The notes: generated by a model from the letters alone, not told the origin. A stretch of DNA of 64,000 nt from Marsupella aquatica (GCA_973895155.1 OZ316894.1:7960234-8024233); one strand, 5' to 3'. Counted from the stretch's first letter, positions 36,871 to 50,599 are shown. Program-made: numbers and translations.

Positions 36871-38180
36871 TTAAAATAAACTCTGTAAACTTAAAGCCTG
36901 AGAGATTTGCAGAACATGAACCTGTTCAGGTTGTTGGGTGATGTCTATGTCCTCATGGACTCCGGTTGGTTGTCCTCCTTCCGGCTCTGTTTCTTCGTGT
37001 TGAAGCAGTTCCAAATGGTCAATGCCACCCATTTGAGTACCAAACCTGGACCCTAATTGTTGTACTAGAACACCTCCATCGAAGCCTCTAAATAAGAGAG
37101 CCTTAATCTGATGTTTACACATATTTCCCTCATCCGCCCATTTACAATCACAAGAAGGAAAGTTCGAGAATATATTTCGAACAATGTGCTCCTTCCCATC
37201 AGGCTTGGCACTTCTTACTATTGCCTGGTTGGGCAGGCTCGGATCAGGAAAATAGACTTTGTGGAATTTAATGGCATGCATGGCCTTGTGGAGGCTATTG
37301 AGGACAACCTCTTCCTTTTTGCAATTGATGACTCTCCCCCTTGCTTTGCACCGAAGCTGGTACCAAAAGAAAGGAAGCATAACCTGGAACAAAGAAGTGA
37401 CAACCCTGTCTAGACGCAGAGCTCCAATGGACCCAATATTCCTCTTGATCATCTTCTTCAATGTTAAATGCCAAGCTTCAATTGCACCATTTGTATTCTG
37501 GTTGGCTCGAGGCATGTCTCGAACAGCCCTCATCCACTTTGCTGTGATTCCACAAATGCATAAAAACAATAATTAGGTGTAATCATGAGAAAACTGCCAA
37601 GAAATATGCTTGACTCATCGCAAGGAAAAATGAGTAGGAGGTCGGGCAGAACATGAACCTGTTCTGTGCATCCAAGTGTCTTCAAAATAAGCTAGGAATC
37701 GTTGTTCCATGTGGTACTTTGCTTGGAAGGATCGCCACTTAACTTGTGCATGTCTTCCTCAGTATTGGCATACATGAGATCCCCCAGATCATCGTTCATA
37801 TCTAGAAGCTTGGTTCTATTTGGTACAGTCTTGATCAAATTCTCCCTCCAAGCTCTGTATACACAAACACGTAAGTGGGTTGGGCAGAACATGAACTTCA
37901 TAGGTCGAGTTACAAATGTGGTAACATTACTTGCAACACAAAATTTTTGACATGTGGAAGAACATACCGTCGAACATGCCAACTGCAAAAATAAATGGGG
38001 ATATCGGGAAAGACAACTTTCAATGTGCTGACTTCAGCCTGAGCACAGTCAATAATGAAGCAGCTAGGACTCCAATCAGGTTTGTGCGCCAAGGCTGTAT
38101 CCTTTACTGCCTTCAAAAAAGTAGCGATGTGCTCAGCTGATTCAGACTACTGGATGCACCATGCTATGGGTAATCCCATC

Positions 38181-39718
38181 CCCTGGGCCCCCAGCCTTTG
38201 TATTGGTAAGGGGTATACGTGCGTACAGCCCCTTATCACATACCCCTTATTATTTTTGGTCACCGATAGATTTATCTCTTGTTATTCTTAAAAACTTAAT
38301 TTTAGAGAATTTATTTACCCCTTGCAAAAATTATAAATCTACCATTAATCAAATTTAAAAAGGTCTTAAAATATTATAAATTTTTGAAAAATATTAAAAA
38401 ATATACAAAACTCATTAAAGGTATACCATAGAAAAATAGGTATCTATATAAAAAAAATTGTGTTGGAATGGAGAAGAAGACTCAACTTTAGCACATATAA
38501 CAATGAATCACTCTGTTCTAGCACATGTAATAGTGCTTTAACTTTAACAGTGTTTCTAGCACATATAAGAGTGCTTCATTATGATTTAGCACATGAAGCA
38601 GTGCTTACAAATCTACCTATTGTCTATAAAGGGCATATATGTAAAAGTACTTATACAACTATTTTCTAATAATCTTATAAAAGCACTATTTCTAGAAAAC
38701 ATTTTGCTATAAACATGTAAGAGTGTTTGCAAAAGTTCTGAACTAAGAGGCCGGGCACACATTTAGGGTTTAGTGCATACAGAACTTCTATCTGAACTAA
38801 GAGAACACTCTTGCAAAATTCTCAACTTATATGTCCTCCTCTTGTCTTCCACGTTTAGGGGTAAGGAAAGTTACCCCTAAACAAAACTCCAAAAAAGGTG
38901 TGCCTCCCACAGTCGGTCCCGCCAGTGCACGCCTCCCAGCCTTGCAACGTCCTGCTTTGCGTCAAACGCCACTTTCGCAAGCATCAAGTGTCGGCCTCCA
39001 CCCGCAACATTTCATTTAGGCCCCATAGCTTCCTTCATCCAAGGTCCGTAGCCAACCTGCAAGCTCCACTTCCCTCAGCCTAAACCGAACCTCTCGACTT
39101 GGTAGCACTATGTGAAATCCGGCGGCTTGAAGCTGAGCCCTAATTCCCTTCGACCCCGACTTTGACACTCCCTTGGACTCACTTTGACCCCGGGCCTTCG
39201 ACTCGTTCCCTTGGGGATTGAGTATTCCCGGCCCCTGCCCCGGGCCTTCGACTCATTCCCTTGGGGATTGTTTACTCCCCCTGCCCCGGACCTTTGACTC
39301 ATTCCAGGGCTCATTCCCTTGGGATTGAGTACTCCCCCTGAACTTTTGCCCTGCAAACACCCAAAACCCCCTAGAAATGTACCCCCAAAAACCTTTCACC
39401 CTAAACCCTCAAAACTCCAAATACTTTCATAACTCATCCTATTCACCACAAGTATTTGTTACACTAAACTCCACTCAGGGCGTGCCACGTGGACCAATCT
39501 CATCATGACGTGTGTCATGCCATATTACTGGCCCCCTTCAAGCAAATTATTTTGGCCGGCATTTTGGATGCCTTGGAATAGTTATAAAGAGATTGTCATA
39601 TAAAATATGGTCTTGTTGGTTATAAGTCGATTATAAAAATTAATCTGGAATTGATTTAAATGTACCCTTCGGCCGTTCGCACGTCCGGTCCATTATTAAT
39701 AACGTTGGGGGCCCAGGG
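38181..39718. mobile_element. 1538-bp non-autonomous TIR element, 13-bp TIR CCCTGGGCCCCCA, 8-bp TSD, inserted in a transposase exon
   Basis: TSD ATCCCATC at 38173-38180 and 39719-39726. Removal restores HQHQMGLPIAWCI on the minus strand. Internal ACTCATTCCCTTGGGGATTG repeats ~39150-39340; no credible ORF. Confidence 0.92.
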
Positions 39719-41737
39719 ATCCCATCTGGTGTTGATGAAAAGCAACGAGCGTGAAGAAAGGGAACTGCAACTGCACTGGGGTTAGAAAGGCAGAACATGA
39801 ACTAGAAGACAAATAATGAACTCAAGTACATTGTGTAGTGACATGGCAGAACATGAACTACAAGACATCAAATGAAATAGGTCACATGGCAGAACATGAA
39901 CTATAATACTAGAAACAAAATATATGAAGAGCAGAACATGAACTATAACAGAAGGGATAGACACAACAAAACATATGAAGATGGCAGAACATGAACTTCA
40001 ACAAAGATACAAAATGAAGTCGCATGGTCAAATAGGTGTGATGGGCAGAACATGAACCATAATTGAAGGAACAGACACAAGAAAACATATGAAGATGGCA
40101 AAACATGAACTAGAAGACATGGAATGCAATGAAATGGAGATCTTGAGGAGATGAAATGCTAATTACATACCCCATATTTATTAGTTGCAAAGGTCTATCT
40201 AACGCCAAAACTGATCCATGAGATAGGGTGATCATCTACGCTCTTTGCCAAGGTGACTACAATGAAAGTATGAATTCCTGCTCTGGTGGGCCCGCCATGT
40301 ACTCCTGTGAAAGAAGCACTCTCTCAGGATACATCCCCATCCATTTGCGCATCGATGCCTGGTCATTATCAGACCATAGCCAGGTCTCCTTGTCAACTTT
40401 TCGTTTGAGGTTTCGAAGATCTTGTTTAGAAACCAGGTCGTCTCTCCCATCGAAAGTTAGTGACACACCAGGATCAGTGGTATTGTGTCCACGATCATGA
40501 CCATCTCTTTCAAACTGCGATTGACAATGGAGGTCATAAATATCAAGGACGGACCATCCTGCCCTCAATAAGTCCTCAAGGTGCTTCCGGATCTCTTTGG
40601 TCAACCATGGAGCAATGCTGCATTTTGGTCCCCAAGAGGGCGGCCCCAATTGTGGATCCCAATCGCCATGCACAATGTCCCCTCTTTGATTACAATGCTT
40701 TCTGCAATTGGAACCGAGACAGAACATAAACCATTGCATACAAAATAAGATGGTAGACAGTAAAAACAACTATGTGCACAAAATTAGGCAAAACCTAAAC
40801 TGCAGCACATAAATTCATGTCAACGTGGACCTTGCAACGGACTTGGAGTATGCATAATTAGACAGAATGCATCCTTGCCTGTTTATGTAGGAGAGCTGAA
40901 CAGCATCAGGGTTGGCTTTCATCCTCTTCGCAATGAAATGACACTGACATCCTCGCTTGGCATGGTTGTTGAATGCATTCTTCCGTAATCTAGGTCTAAG
41001 TCTCCCAACTCCTGATGTTGGTTTTGTTCTAGGCAGTGGAGGAATAGCTACGCTACGCATGTCTTCCTCTTGTGGGCCATAGGAACACCAGAAGATGGCA
41101 TATTCTATCCAATCAGTGTTATTTGAATTAGATTTTCTTGAGGTTCTAATATGAAATGAGCTCTCAAATTTTGGATCCTTTCTGCCTTCGCCATCTTTGA
41201 AATCAGTGAGATGGTTCCATGGAATGAGAGCTTGGTCATTTGGGCTCCAAACAATCTGTAGTGACGAAAATTTCCCAGCCGGTGGAATCTGTATGTACTC
41301 CCATGTTTCATGACTCATTGGATTATGCAAAGGCTCCCAACAATTATCCTGCCACGGCGTTGGTAGAACATAAACTACAAGACGAATATTTCTGGTACAG
41401 AACTCACACCGCGCGATCGGGTGCATTTGCATTGCAAGGGCAATTGAAATTGAACTGCGATGTGTTTGCAAAGTAGTACCACGAACGCAAAGACAAAGAG
41501 CATGTGAACTGAAAAATACCAGAAACATTTAGGGGGAAAGCCAACCGGTGGAAATGAACAGCGGCATAACATGATATCAGGTGGCAATGGCAGAATCACA
41601 CGCACCCTTTGCTTGCAATGACAATCACGTTCAAAGTAGTGCCATCACAATCCTGACACTTCAGAATGAAAATCAATCTGCCATCATTCTACCGTGAGCT
41701 CGTGTGTAGGCGGTCCGGAAACGCGCTTGAGTGGACC

Positions 41738-42017
41738 CTTGAGTGGGATCGCAGGGTTCGACAGCAGTCGACTGTCGAGACAGGGCAAGGGAGGGTAGCG
41801 TTGGCAGGGTCGGGGAGTCGGTTCGCGCTCCCGCCCGATTTCAAAACGGACGGACGACGGACGGAAACGCAGTTTAGGCAGTCGAAGGAGAAATGGTAGA
41901 ACATAAACCTAGGCCGCGTCGGGGAACGGGCAGGCGGCATTGGATTTCGTGACGGGCAGCGTACGGGGTGCCGCTAAACTTGGAGCGCATTAACGCGGTG
42001 TTGATTTAACCCAGGGT
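41738..42017 (-). repeat. MULE right terminal inverted repeat
   Basis: Reverse complement of 30909-31188; followed by TSD CTACGGGCG. Confidence 0.96.
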
Positions 42018-43814
42018 CTACGGGCGTGGTTCATGTTGTAGACGTCAACAGGGCTTATTGAAATGACGAATCAAATGTAGAAAGAAAAATAATTTTAAAC
42101 AATCCCACACCGATCGGGTCACACCAATTTGCATTGGGATTCACCCTCACGCATGTCCATTTCTTACGGCAACACGAGGGAAGATTACCTCACACGTAGG
42201 AGGGAGCTACAGAGAAACGACCAATAGCCGCAGGGTCGGGAACAACCACGGAACCACCCATCTCCTCGGTAGCTGCACATCAAAATATGACCGGGAATAT
42301 GACATAGTAAAAATATGACATATACTATGTACGCCCTTGCATACCGTGATAATAATAGTTTTTTTTCTTTCAATCAATGAATACAGCCACATTTATTTAG
42401 AATTTTTTTTCTTTCAATCAATAAATACAGCCACATTTTATTTTGATGTGTGATTACCAGGGCCCATTTCAATCAATGAATACAGGCACATCAAATTACC
42501 AGCAGGGCCCATCTCCTGCAGACGAGGACAGCCTCATAAGTAGGAAAACCAAAACAGGAACCCGACAGAAGCAGACTTGGTTGCCCTCTCAATCAAGCAA
42601 CGGGATGTGGACATACAGCAACCACTGACACAGGTCGACGCTTCCAAAAACTTAGTTCAGAGGTTGGCAAATAAGTCTAAACAGGTTCGAAAGAGGCAGC
42701 GCGCAGTGACACTAGCGCATGTCTACCGGCCACCAGGAAAGTTGATATTATCCTGGGCTGCGAAAGATACACCTTGGATGGGCAATTTTCATCAGAGAAG
42801 CCACTGTTTCAAGTACTCAAGTAGAACTCTTAGACATCATCTTTGCATGACAATTACATCATCATAGTAGAATCCCATAGATAATTGTATTATTTACATG
42901 TTGTATGGCATTCGTTGACAACACTAAATCAAACCACAGCCGGCCTGCAGGTCTGGTGGATTATTCCTGCGTTTCATGGGCATTTACATCGCGAGCTGCC
43001 ATCAGCAGAGAAACAAGATTTATTTTTGCAAGGATGACGATGCAGCTCGCGATGCAGCTGATCGACACTCTTCTCATACGTACTGCAAGCTCTTCAAAGT
43101 ACCGTATTGCGAGTTCCCTATAGCGCCATGTCGGTGATCATCAGGAAGGCCTCAAACGGACATCTCCTTCACCCGGGGCCGACACTGACCATGATGCTGG
43201 CTGAAGGTTCTTGATGTTGATCGACATCCTGTTGCAAGTTGATGACTTGGATGAACGTTGTTCGAAAGCGGCGTTATGGTGGCAGTTTTCGAATAATTTC
43301 GGAACCCAGTCGATTGGATTCCAAATCCGATTTCCGAAGTATCATGGTGCTCCAAGACTGTTGTCATGGCATGGCGGCTTATATATGTCGCGCTTGGAGG
43401 AGATTTCCTACGATTTAATTGAGCAAGCAAAGCTGAAACTTGAGAGTTGATTGAGACAGTGCTGCAGTCATCAACCTCCGGAGATCACACATTTTATCCA
43501 TCTTACGAATTTTCAAATGGACACAATGTCGAGTTCGGTGAGAGATCCACAACCTTCCAATCCACAACCTTCCAGGAGACTCAGCGACCAACTTGCTGGA
43601 CAGGTGATCCAGAATCTCGACCCTTAATTTGACCTCGTTGAAATCTATATCATTCATTAGACTAGCTCGATAAGTACTGTTAGTAGGTAGCTGGAGACTG
43701 GACCTTAATTTGGCCGAATAGAATGCTGGTTTCGCTCTTTCGATAAGTAGGGAGCAAGAAGCTCAGCGAGATAAGATCAAATTGATTGTGTTCCCACAGT
43801 CATTCTCTGTTCTA

Positions 43815-46800
43815 ATGGCTCCGGAGACCGAACTTTTCTCCTATCATCAGGATACCATCGTGACTAGTCCAGATGATGAAGGTCGAAGTGAATATTGTTA
43901 TTAATAACGACGGTCCCATTTGCCTGTGTGATCAGTTTCATCAGGTGAAGAATTCAGTGTACGAGTTGTACAGACCGGCGGGCTCTCCTACGATAAAAAT
44001 ATTGTTCTTCCCTGGTTTCTTTTGAGGACAACTCTGACGCAATGTGGTCAACTTGGCTAAGTGAAGATGGGTCTTGCATTTGGCCCCATACTTGGTTGGC
44101 TGAGGAGTTTCCCGATGCTCATGTTTTGGCAGTTTCCTATAACTATGGAAGAATTCTAGCGTCACGCGGAGACCTAAATTCAACTAAGATTTTAGAAAAC
44201 AAGTCTGGAATATTAATGCAAGCGCCAGCTGAAGCCCGGGGTCACGCGTTTAAATTTATCATTGAAGAAACCATCATGTCAGATGTACTTGGGGTACTAG
44301 GCAGTGGACGGGTTCCTAATTGTCCTATCGTATTGGTTGGACATTCCCTTGGGGGCATGGTGATCAAGTCATTATGCAACCTGGCCCATGAGCGGTGCGT
44401 TCTATACGTGGGGAAGCACGACATAAAACATTCCTTGACAACTTAAGGGGAATATTCTACTATGCTAGCCCCCAGCATGGGAGCTCCGCTATGGCAAACA
44501 TGTATATTGAAAGTTCCCACCTGAGTCCAATAATGCAGTACTTTAAAGTACTAGACAACGGAGCAGAACGACTAAATGCAGACTTTGAACATTTATCCAG
44601 ACAGTATGAGTGGAAAGTTGCTGGACTTGGAGAAGTTGCTCCAACAAATTTGGTATTTACTCGATGAACTCTTGCCTTTAAGTCATTTCATTGTTTAGAC
44701 TCAATGTATGAGGAACTGGTAATTAGTGGGATTATGTACTTGAGTTCCCGAGACTGGTGCTTGTGGTGCGTGTTCTTTAGTATGGAAAACAATCATAGTA
44801 CATAAAACTTTCAATCTAAAGCTACTCTTCAGGGGACGGTCTAGACTGAAGCCTCTGTACTGTGACTTGGGGTGTAACTGAAATTAGGGGTGTGTAGACT
44901 GAAGCCCCTTGACTGTGGCTGTAGGGTGTAACTGAAATTAGGGCTGTGAGTGGAAAACAAGGATTGGGGGCAACTTGATATCTCTAAAAAGTACGCAGTG
45001 GGCTTGGATGTAGTCACCACTATTTTGTGGTTGATCTCTCTGATATGGGAAACAATGCTCCAATAACATCTGCGGTTGTCTAGCTCAACCTGGAATGTAC
45101 ACACAACACAGTCTAGAAAAACTGTACATAGTATTATGGGAGCACATCCAATATTTGTTGAGATTTCATCATGGTTGTGTAAGTTTATCTGAACATTCCA
45201 ACGAACCTCTGATGCTGTAGCTATCAGGGGTTTAATTTCGTTCTTTATCCGAGTGTGATTCCATATGTCTAGGGTATGTTGGAGCCGTACTTTAGGTATA
45301 ATACTGTCTGATCGATCTGAGTCTTTAATACGACAGAATCTTTTCGAGTACACTGGACCATTTGAAGTTGTTAACCTTCAGTAGTGTTGAAAGACCTTAA
45401 ATGGGTCTGGGTTTGCAGTTCAGGAGATATGGGCAACGTTAAGGAAAAGTGATGATGATCTATCTTATCCTGAGCAACAAATGTTTCTTGATGCTGCAAC
45501 TTTCTTTAATATTAATGAAGATTGGACTTTGGGTAAAGCTAAAGCAGTATGGAAGAAAGCTTATCATACAGATGAAGTTTCACTGCTTTGGCAAACTTTG
45601 GTGGACCGGTTACTGGTCGACGACGTGGAAGAGGATGACTCTGTAAAACTCCATGAACTACTACGAACTTTGGGGCAGAGAATTGCCACCGAGAATCAAG
45701 GCAAGCGCAGGAGTGCTACTGAGTGGCTGGGGATACTACGCGGAGCAGGTGACTTTGATGAACAGGTGAGTTGAACGAATCAACGTTCGAAATCGTTGAT
45801 CTAAACTTTGAGGCATTCGCAGGAAATCTAAGTCTTAGTGACGAATCCAGACAGGATGCGTAATTAACTCTCCTTAGCTTAAAAATTCCATGATGATCTG
45901 GATACCTGAATGGTAGTGTGGTATTTGATTAATCGCAGGACATTGATGCACCATGGCTGACTGCTGAGGGTGGTGATAGCAAGGATACTTCACACACAAG
46001 TACCCGGCTTCGTGGACTCAACAACAAGCAAGACAACTTGAGAGTCTCCATCCCCATAACAATTGATGGAGCGAGGGGCGGCCTGGAGGACTTGTCAGCC
46101 TTAGGTGGCATCAATGCGCCATGGGTGCCTGCTGACGGCGACGAAAGCGAGGATAGCAAGCATTCTAGTCCAAACACAAGTACGACGCATCATCGACTCT
46201 ACCAGAAGCAAGACTTGGAAGTCTCCATCCCGGTAACAATTGATGAAGCGAAGAGCCTGGAGGACTTCTCAGACTTAGCTCCACTTAACACTACGAAACA
46301 CCTTTTGATAACCAAGTTTCCTGGCTCTTCGCTCCCGGGAGATATCGGGCAGCTTGTTGCGTTACAGCAGTTGCAAATTCAAGATTGCGCGCATGTCGAC
46401 GAGCTTCCTGACTCCTTCGGGCAACTCATAGATCTGAAACGCCTAGTTATATTGAATTGTCCTAGTTTATCAGGGATTAAAGAGAGTCTTGGTAGTCTCA
46501 AAACTCTACGGAACCTGCGAATTCAAGATTGTGATGGATTGAAGGACCTTCCAGGAACTTTGGGGCGTCTCTGTGGTCTGGAACAACTCATTATATGGAA
46601 CTGCTCTGGTTTAACAGCGATTCCCAACACTATCGGGCAACTTGGGGCTCTCCGGCACCTGCTAATTCATGGTTGCGAGGGTTTGACCGGCCTTCCACAA
46701 TCCTTCAGCCAGCTAGAAGGTCTGGAACACCTGATTGTATCGAGTTGTCCACGTTTGACGGAGATCCCGTTACAAATCGGGCAGCTCTGGTCTTTAAAAC

Positions 46801-48544
46801 ACCTGCGAATCCAAGATTGCGAGAGTCTGAATATCCTTCCTGAAACCTTAAAGCAAGTTGGAGCTCTCGAACATGTGACGATATCTAACTGTTCGAATGT
46901 ATCTACGTTCCTGAGAGCTTATGGTGATGAGTTCCTTGAAGCGAGAGCTCCTGCCAGGCATGCTGAGCAAATGTCGACCACAAGCATGATAGCTTTTATA
47001 GCAGCACTAGAAACGGGAGGCCGACATAGCTATCTCTTAAGTACGCAGTGGCTATTAAATTTACAAGACCATGAAAAGGAGATGTTAGGATCAATTTGTA
47101 TGAAAACAGGATACAAGGTAACCTATCAAACTACCTCAAACACTTATTATGAGGGAAGTAACGACCATGTACAGAATATAGGCCCCATCAGGGATGGTGG
47201 TAGAGCTGTTGATAATGCAACATCGTCTGGAGTATGCGAAACAACTGAAAACTCACTTCCCAAGCACCTTCAAAGATTGCAGATTGACGATGGGTTTGAT
47301 ATGATTTGTTCATCTGGTGGATTGAGCGTAACACAATCAGGTGAGTTGGATTTTCCCTCTCATGTTATTTTCAGTATTCATCCGATGAGTTAGGTCCAAC
47401 GGAAGCACAAGTGCTCTTTTAGTTTGCTGAAAGATTTGAGCTTTCCAGGCATCAATCCGGGCGGAGAAGCCGATGATGGTCGACGCGTTGATAAGGCAAT
47501 ATGGTCTGTATCGCAAACAAGTGGTGACCTCGGTGGTGACAAACACCTTCACAGGTGCTGTACAGTTGATCGGGTTGGTATAAGTGGCGTTTCGAGCGTA
47601 TCCGTCGCAACAGAAACACGTGAGTTGGATGTACCCTACGCTGTTATTTGCATTCTTCATCCGATGAGTTTAGTGCAAATGGCAGCAAAACGTTCTCTCT
47701 TTGTCTTTTCTTATAGTTTTGAGCTTTCCAGGCAAGGAACGGGTGGACACTCGGACATGTGCCCCAAAACTTCTGCGAGTGAATTGCTGTGGTTCAAACT
47801 ACGCAACGGAGCCATCAGAAGTTTATTTCGGCAGACATCACATTGTAAAGCACTTTGGTGCTTGTTTAGTAACCCTTCCACGGCACGAAGATTTCGCAAT
47901 CTCAACAGTAGTTGAGCAGACCATAATTCTACCTACTTATCAATGGCGGGCCAGTGGGTTAGTAGAGGAGCATGTTAGTTTGAGAATTTTTGTAGAAACC
48001 ACTGTAAGCTGTTGCTTGAGGAGTGAAGATAACCCAAAGAAAGTACATGTGGAGATTTCAAAAATTCGAGGGGAGATCAAATATGTGAACATAGCAGACC
48101 CAAGAAATCATGACACATTCCTACAGTCTGCTCGTACCAATGTGTGGGGTCGTATTGATCATGGTGGTCTTTCGGAGATTGTCCCTTTCGAGTTTGTGGG
48201 AGGTGCAAATTTGGGCACTTTCAGGACACAGTCCTGAGGGCAGTGCACCTGGATCTACGACTGTGGAGTTACAAGGTCATGTTGAAAGGAGCAGACAAAT
48301 TCGTGGGAACCAAGCTCTTCTTTACCAGGATCGAAATTTCCCTGCAACACTGGAGGGAAAAATACAAAGATCTCTTACTCCTGAATCTGTCTTAGAATTA
48401 GAAATCAGGTATCAACTTGGACTTGAAAGTGATGAGCCTTGTGGATCCATGCCCAAAGAGGATGAACCATTTTGTGTGATTACCTCCAAACCTCATGTGG
48501 CTGATTTTGGTTGTCTTATAGAAATTCTCTTGTCCTCGTTTTGA
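43815..48544 (+). pseudogene. HNL-type NLR paralog 1 (alpha/beta-hydrolase - mostly deleted NB-ARC - LRR - C-terminal domain)
   Basis: IWPHTWLAEEFPDAHVL, LVGHSLGGMVIK, FYYASPQHGS. Only the NB-ARC tail remains (MFLDAATFF..LHELLRTLG). LxxLxIxxCxxLxxLP LRRs 46290-46910. Stop at 44024-44026 and frameshifts (~44410, ~48235). Confidence 0.85.
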
Positions 48545-50599
48545 AGCACTGCTCCAGAGATCTATACAATCTATCCATCGTTGGCATATCTTCAAAGGAT
48601 CACTCAGTTCTTGCGCCACTTCTCATGTTGAGTATTTAGAAAGTAAATTCGCGGTCACCCAGGTTCTCTCCATTCGGGGGCCTAGGAGAGAGACTATGTG
48701 GATTGACACGAGGCACATTCTTGCTAGTGGATGGCGGCACCTTTTCTGGTGATGGTGGTGATCTACCCTCCATTGGGTAGATTATAAAAAGTCTAATAAA
48801 GTATGCCGGAAATACAGCCGAACTTCGGAATTCAGATTACAAGTCGGTACTACAATCATGATTCAACCTTGACATATATCAACCTCGCCAATGATCCGGG
48901 CAATGAGTGATTTACACTTAAGATTTATAGTTCAGTTTCTTAATCGATGATTTTTCGAGTATTAGAAGATCAGAGCAGCTACAGAGTCAATCCCCTCCAG
49001 CATCATGTTGGACAGGATAGCAGCTGTGGTGATCTCTCACAGTGCATTCCTTGGTTAAGCCCCTTTGAAGCTCTGGGCACGAGTAGGGCGCGAGAATTAA
49101 AGCCATGGACCTTCTGATTGGGGCCAGGTTCGTTGGATGATTGACACTTTGACCTCCTTGTGCTTGTGATCCAAATTGTCTGCGTTGAAACATTCTGAGT
49201 GGTATACAATCAATCAAACTTAACCACGTTCTTGTTCTAAACAGAACTAGACAATATTTTATAAATAAGTTTCTTGCATGCCTGAAGTGAATTGTGAAGT
49301 CCTATTTCGTGCATCTTTCTTTATCCATCATTAATAGCTGAGTATTTCCAACACTTGCCAACTGGTTTTCCTTGGAAGAAACTCTGAAGCTATCTTCACA
49401 TGGGTAAACCAGTACTGGCAACGGCTATAGCAGTCAGACAACAGAAAGGCCAGGGCATAAGGCCTGACGGTTACATCAGACTCTTCTTGAACTCACTGAA
49501 TTGACTGCGAGGGGTTTGCTTGTTAGGTGATATTGCTCTTCTTGAACTCACTTGAATTGACTGCGAGGGGTTTTCTTGTTAGGTGATATTGCGTTCATTT
49601 CTTGAGCAATGAAATAAACTAGTTTAAAACGCTGCTATCATTTTAGTCTTTGGGCTTACAAGTGTTCTAGACTCTTTGGCCCTAGACTCTTTGGGCAAGT
49701 CTTTGGGCTTACAAGTAAAGGATGGAAAACAAAGGAAAACCAGTGAACATCATAGAGCCAAAAAGCCCTAGGGCCAAAGAGTTAGAGGGTCCCCAACAAC
49801 GGCAGGACTTCTACCTGGGAAGTGCTTATGATGCAAGGACAGGTAACTGTTGGTGAGGGAATTCTCCAGTGTCCAGGAACTCTACTGTAGTGGGCATCTA
49901 CTGCACTCATTCTCATTGGTTCCTTTTAGTGTTTTTTTAGAATCATCGTCAATTGGTTCAGAATTGATGTCAACTACTCTGCTCCCAGGAATTTTAGTTT
50001 ACAGAAAATGCATGAAACGATTCGTGGGAGTACCCAATCCATGTAGAGAATTACTAGCTTTCAACAAAGGTAACTCAGGAAGGAAGGTTTCATGTAGGCT
50101 AAACTGCTCACTGACCCGCCTGAGTATATACGTGACCTTTCATCGAATTGTACGAAAAGCAGATGATCATGTTGCCACGGTTTGAGATACCTTTCTCCGC
50201 TGCCTTGTGAGCAACGAGCTGAGATCATGGCTGACAGGTTTGAGAGGATATCCATCGTCGGTAGTTCAAGTAGACTCTGTAGCACAGACTACTACTTGAA
50301 GGAAGGGAAACGAGTACAGTTATTATAGTTGTCTGTGCCCTCTAGGGTACGTGGCCCACCGCGGAGGATAGACTCGATCCCTACAGTAGTTGTTCCTCAA
50401 GCTTTTTGGTTGGAAATTAGTATTTTATATCAGAGTAAGACGTGTGCTGGGTAGATAGATATTAAGAAGTAGAACTGGACAGCTCACAAGGAGCCTGGCC
50501 AAGACCAAGACGCATTCCAGAATAGTTCGAAGAGCACCTGTAATGCAGTAATGGCCATCCATGGATCTCCCAGGATCCATGGACCCATCTCACCACACA

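Larger units (their letters stand above)
36099..41318 (-). pseudogene. MULE DDE transposase with SWIM zinc finger; stops, frameshifts and a nested insertion
   Basis: WCSYGP..KRGCQCHFIAKR..KHCNQRGDIVHG (N-terminal Zn domain); LALD/TFATNKYG (frameshifted first Asp, ~40200); FPFFTLVAF..MGLPIAW (split by insertion); FIIDCAQAE..FCSWHVRR; TNGAIEAWHLTLK; SWIM SCDCKWADEGNMCKHQ. In-frame TAG at 40257-40259. Confidence 0.9.
30909..42017. mobile_element. Mutator-like element (MULE), 11.1 kb, long TIRs, two convergent genes
   Basis: 280-bp TIRs 30909-31188 and 41738-42017 (about six substitutions by eye). 9-bp TSD CTACGGGCG at 30900-30908 and 42018-42026. Internal MULE/SWIM transposase. Confidence 0.96.

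Noticed and set aside
30908-42018. Alternative MULE boundaries starting with G and a 7-bp TSD (TACGGGC)
   Set aside because: Formally possible, but the 9-bp TSD reading fits Mutator biology better.
49480-49790. ~53-bp tandem duplication and a short inverted repeat (ACTCTTTGGCCCTAG / CTAGGGCCAAAGAGT)
   Set aside because: No TSD or defined ends; probably a TE relic that cannot be classified.
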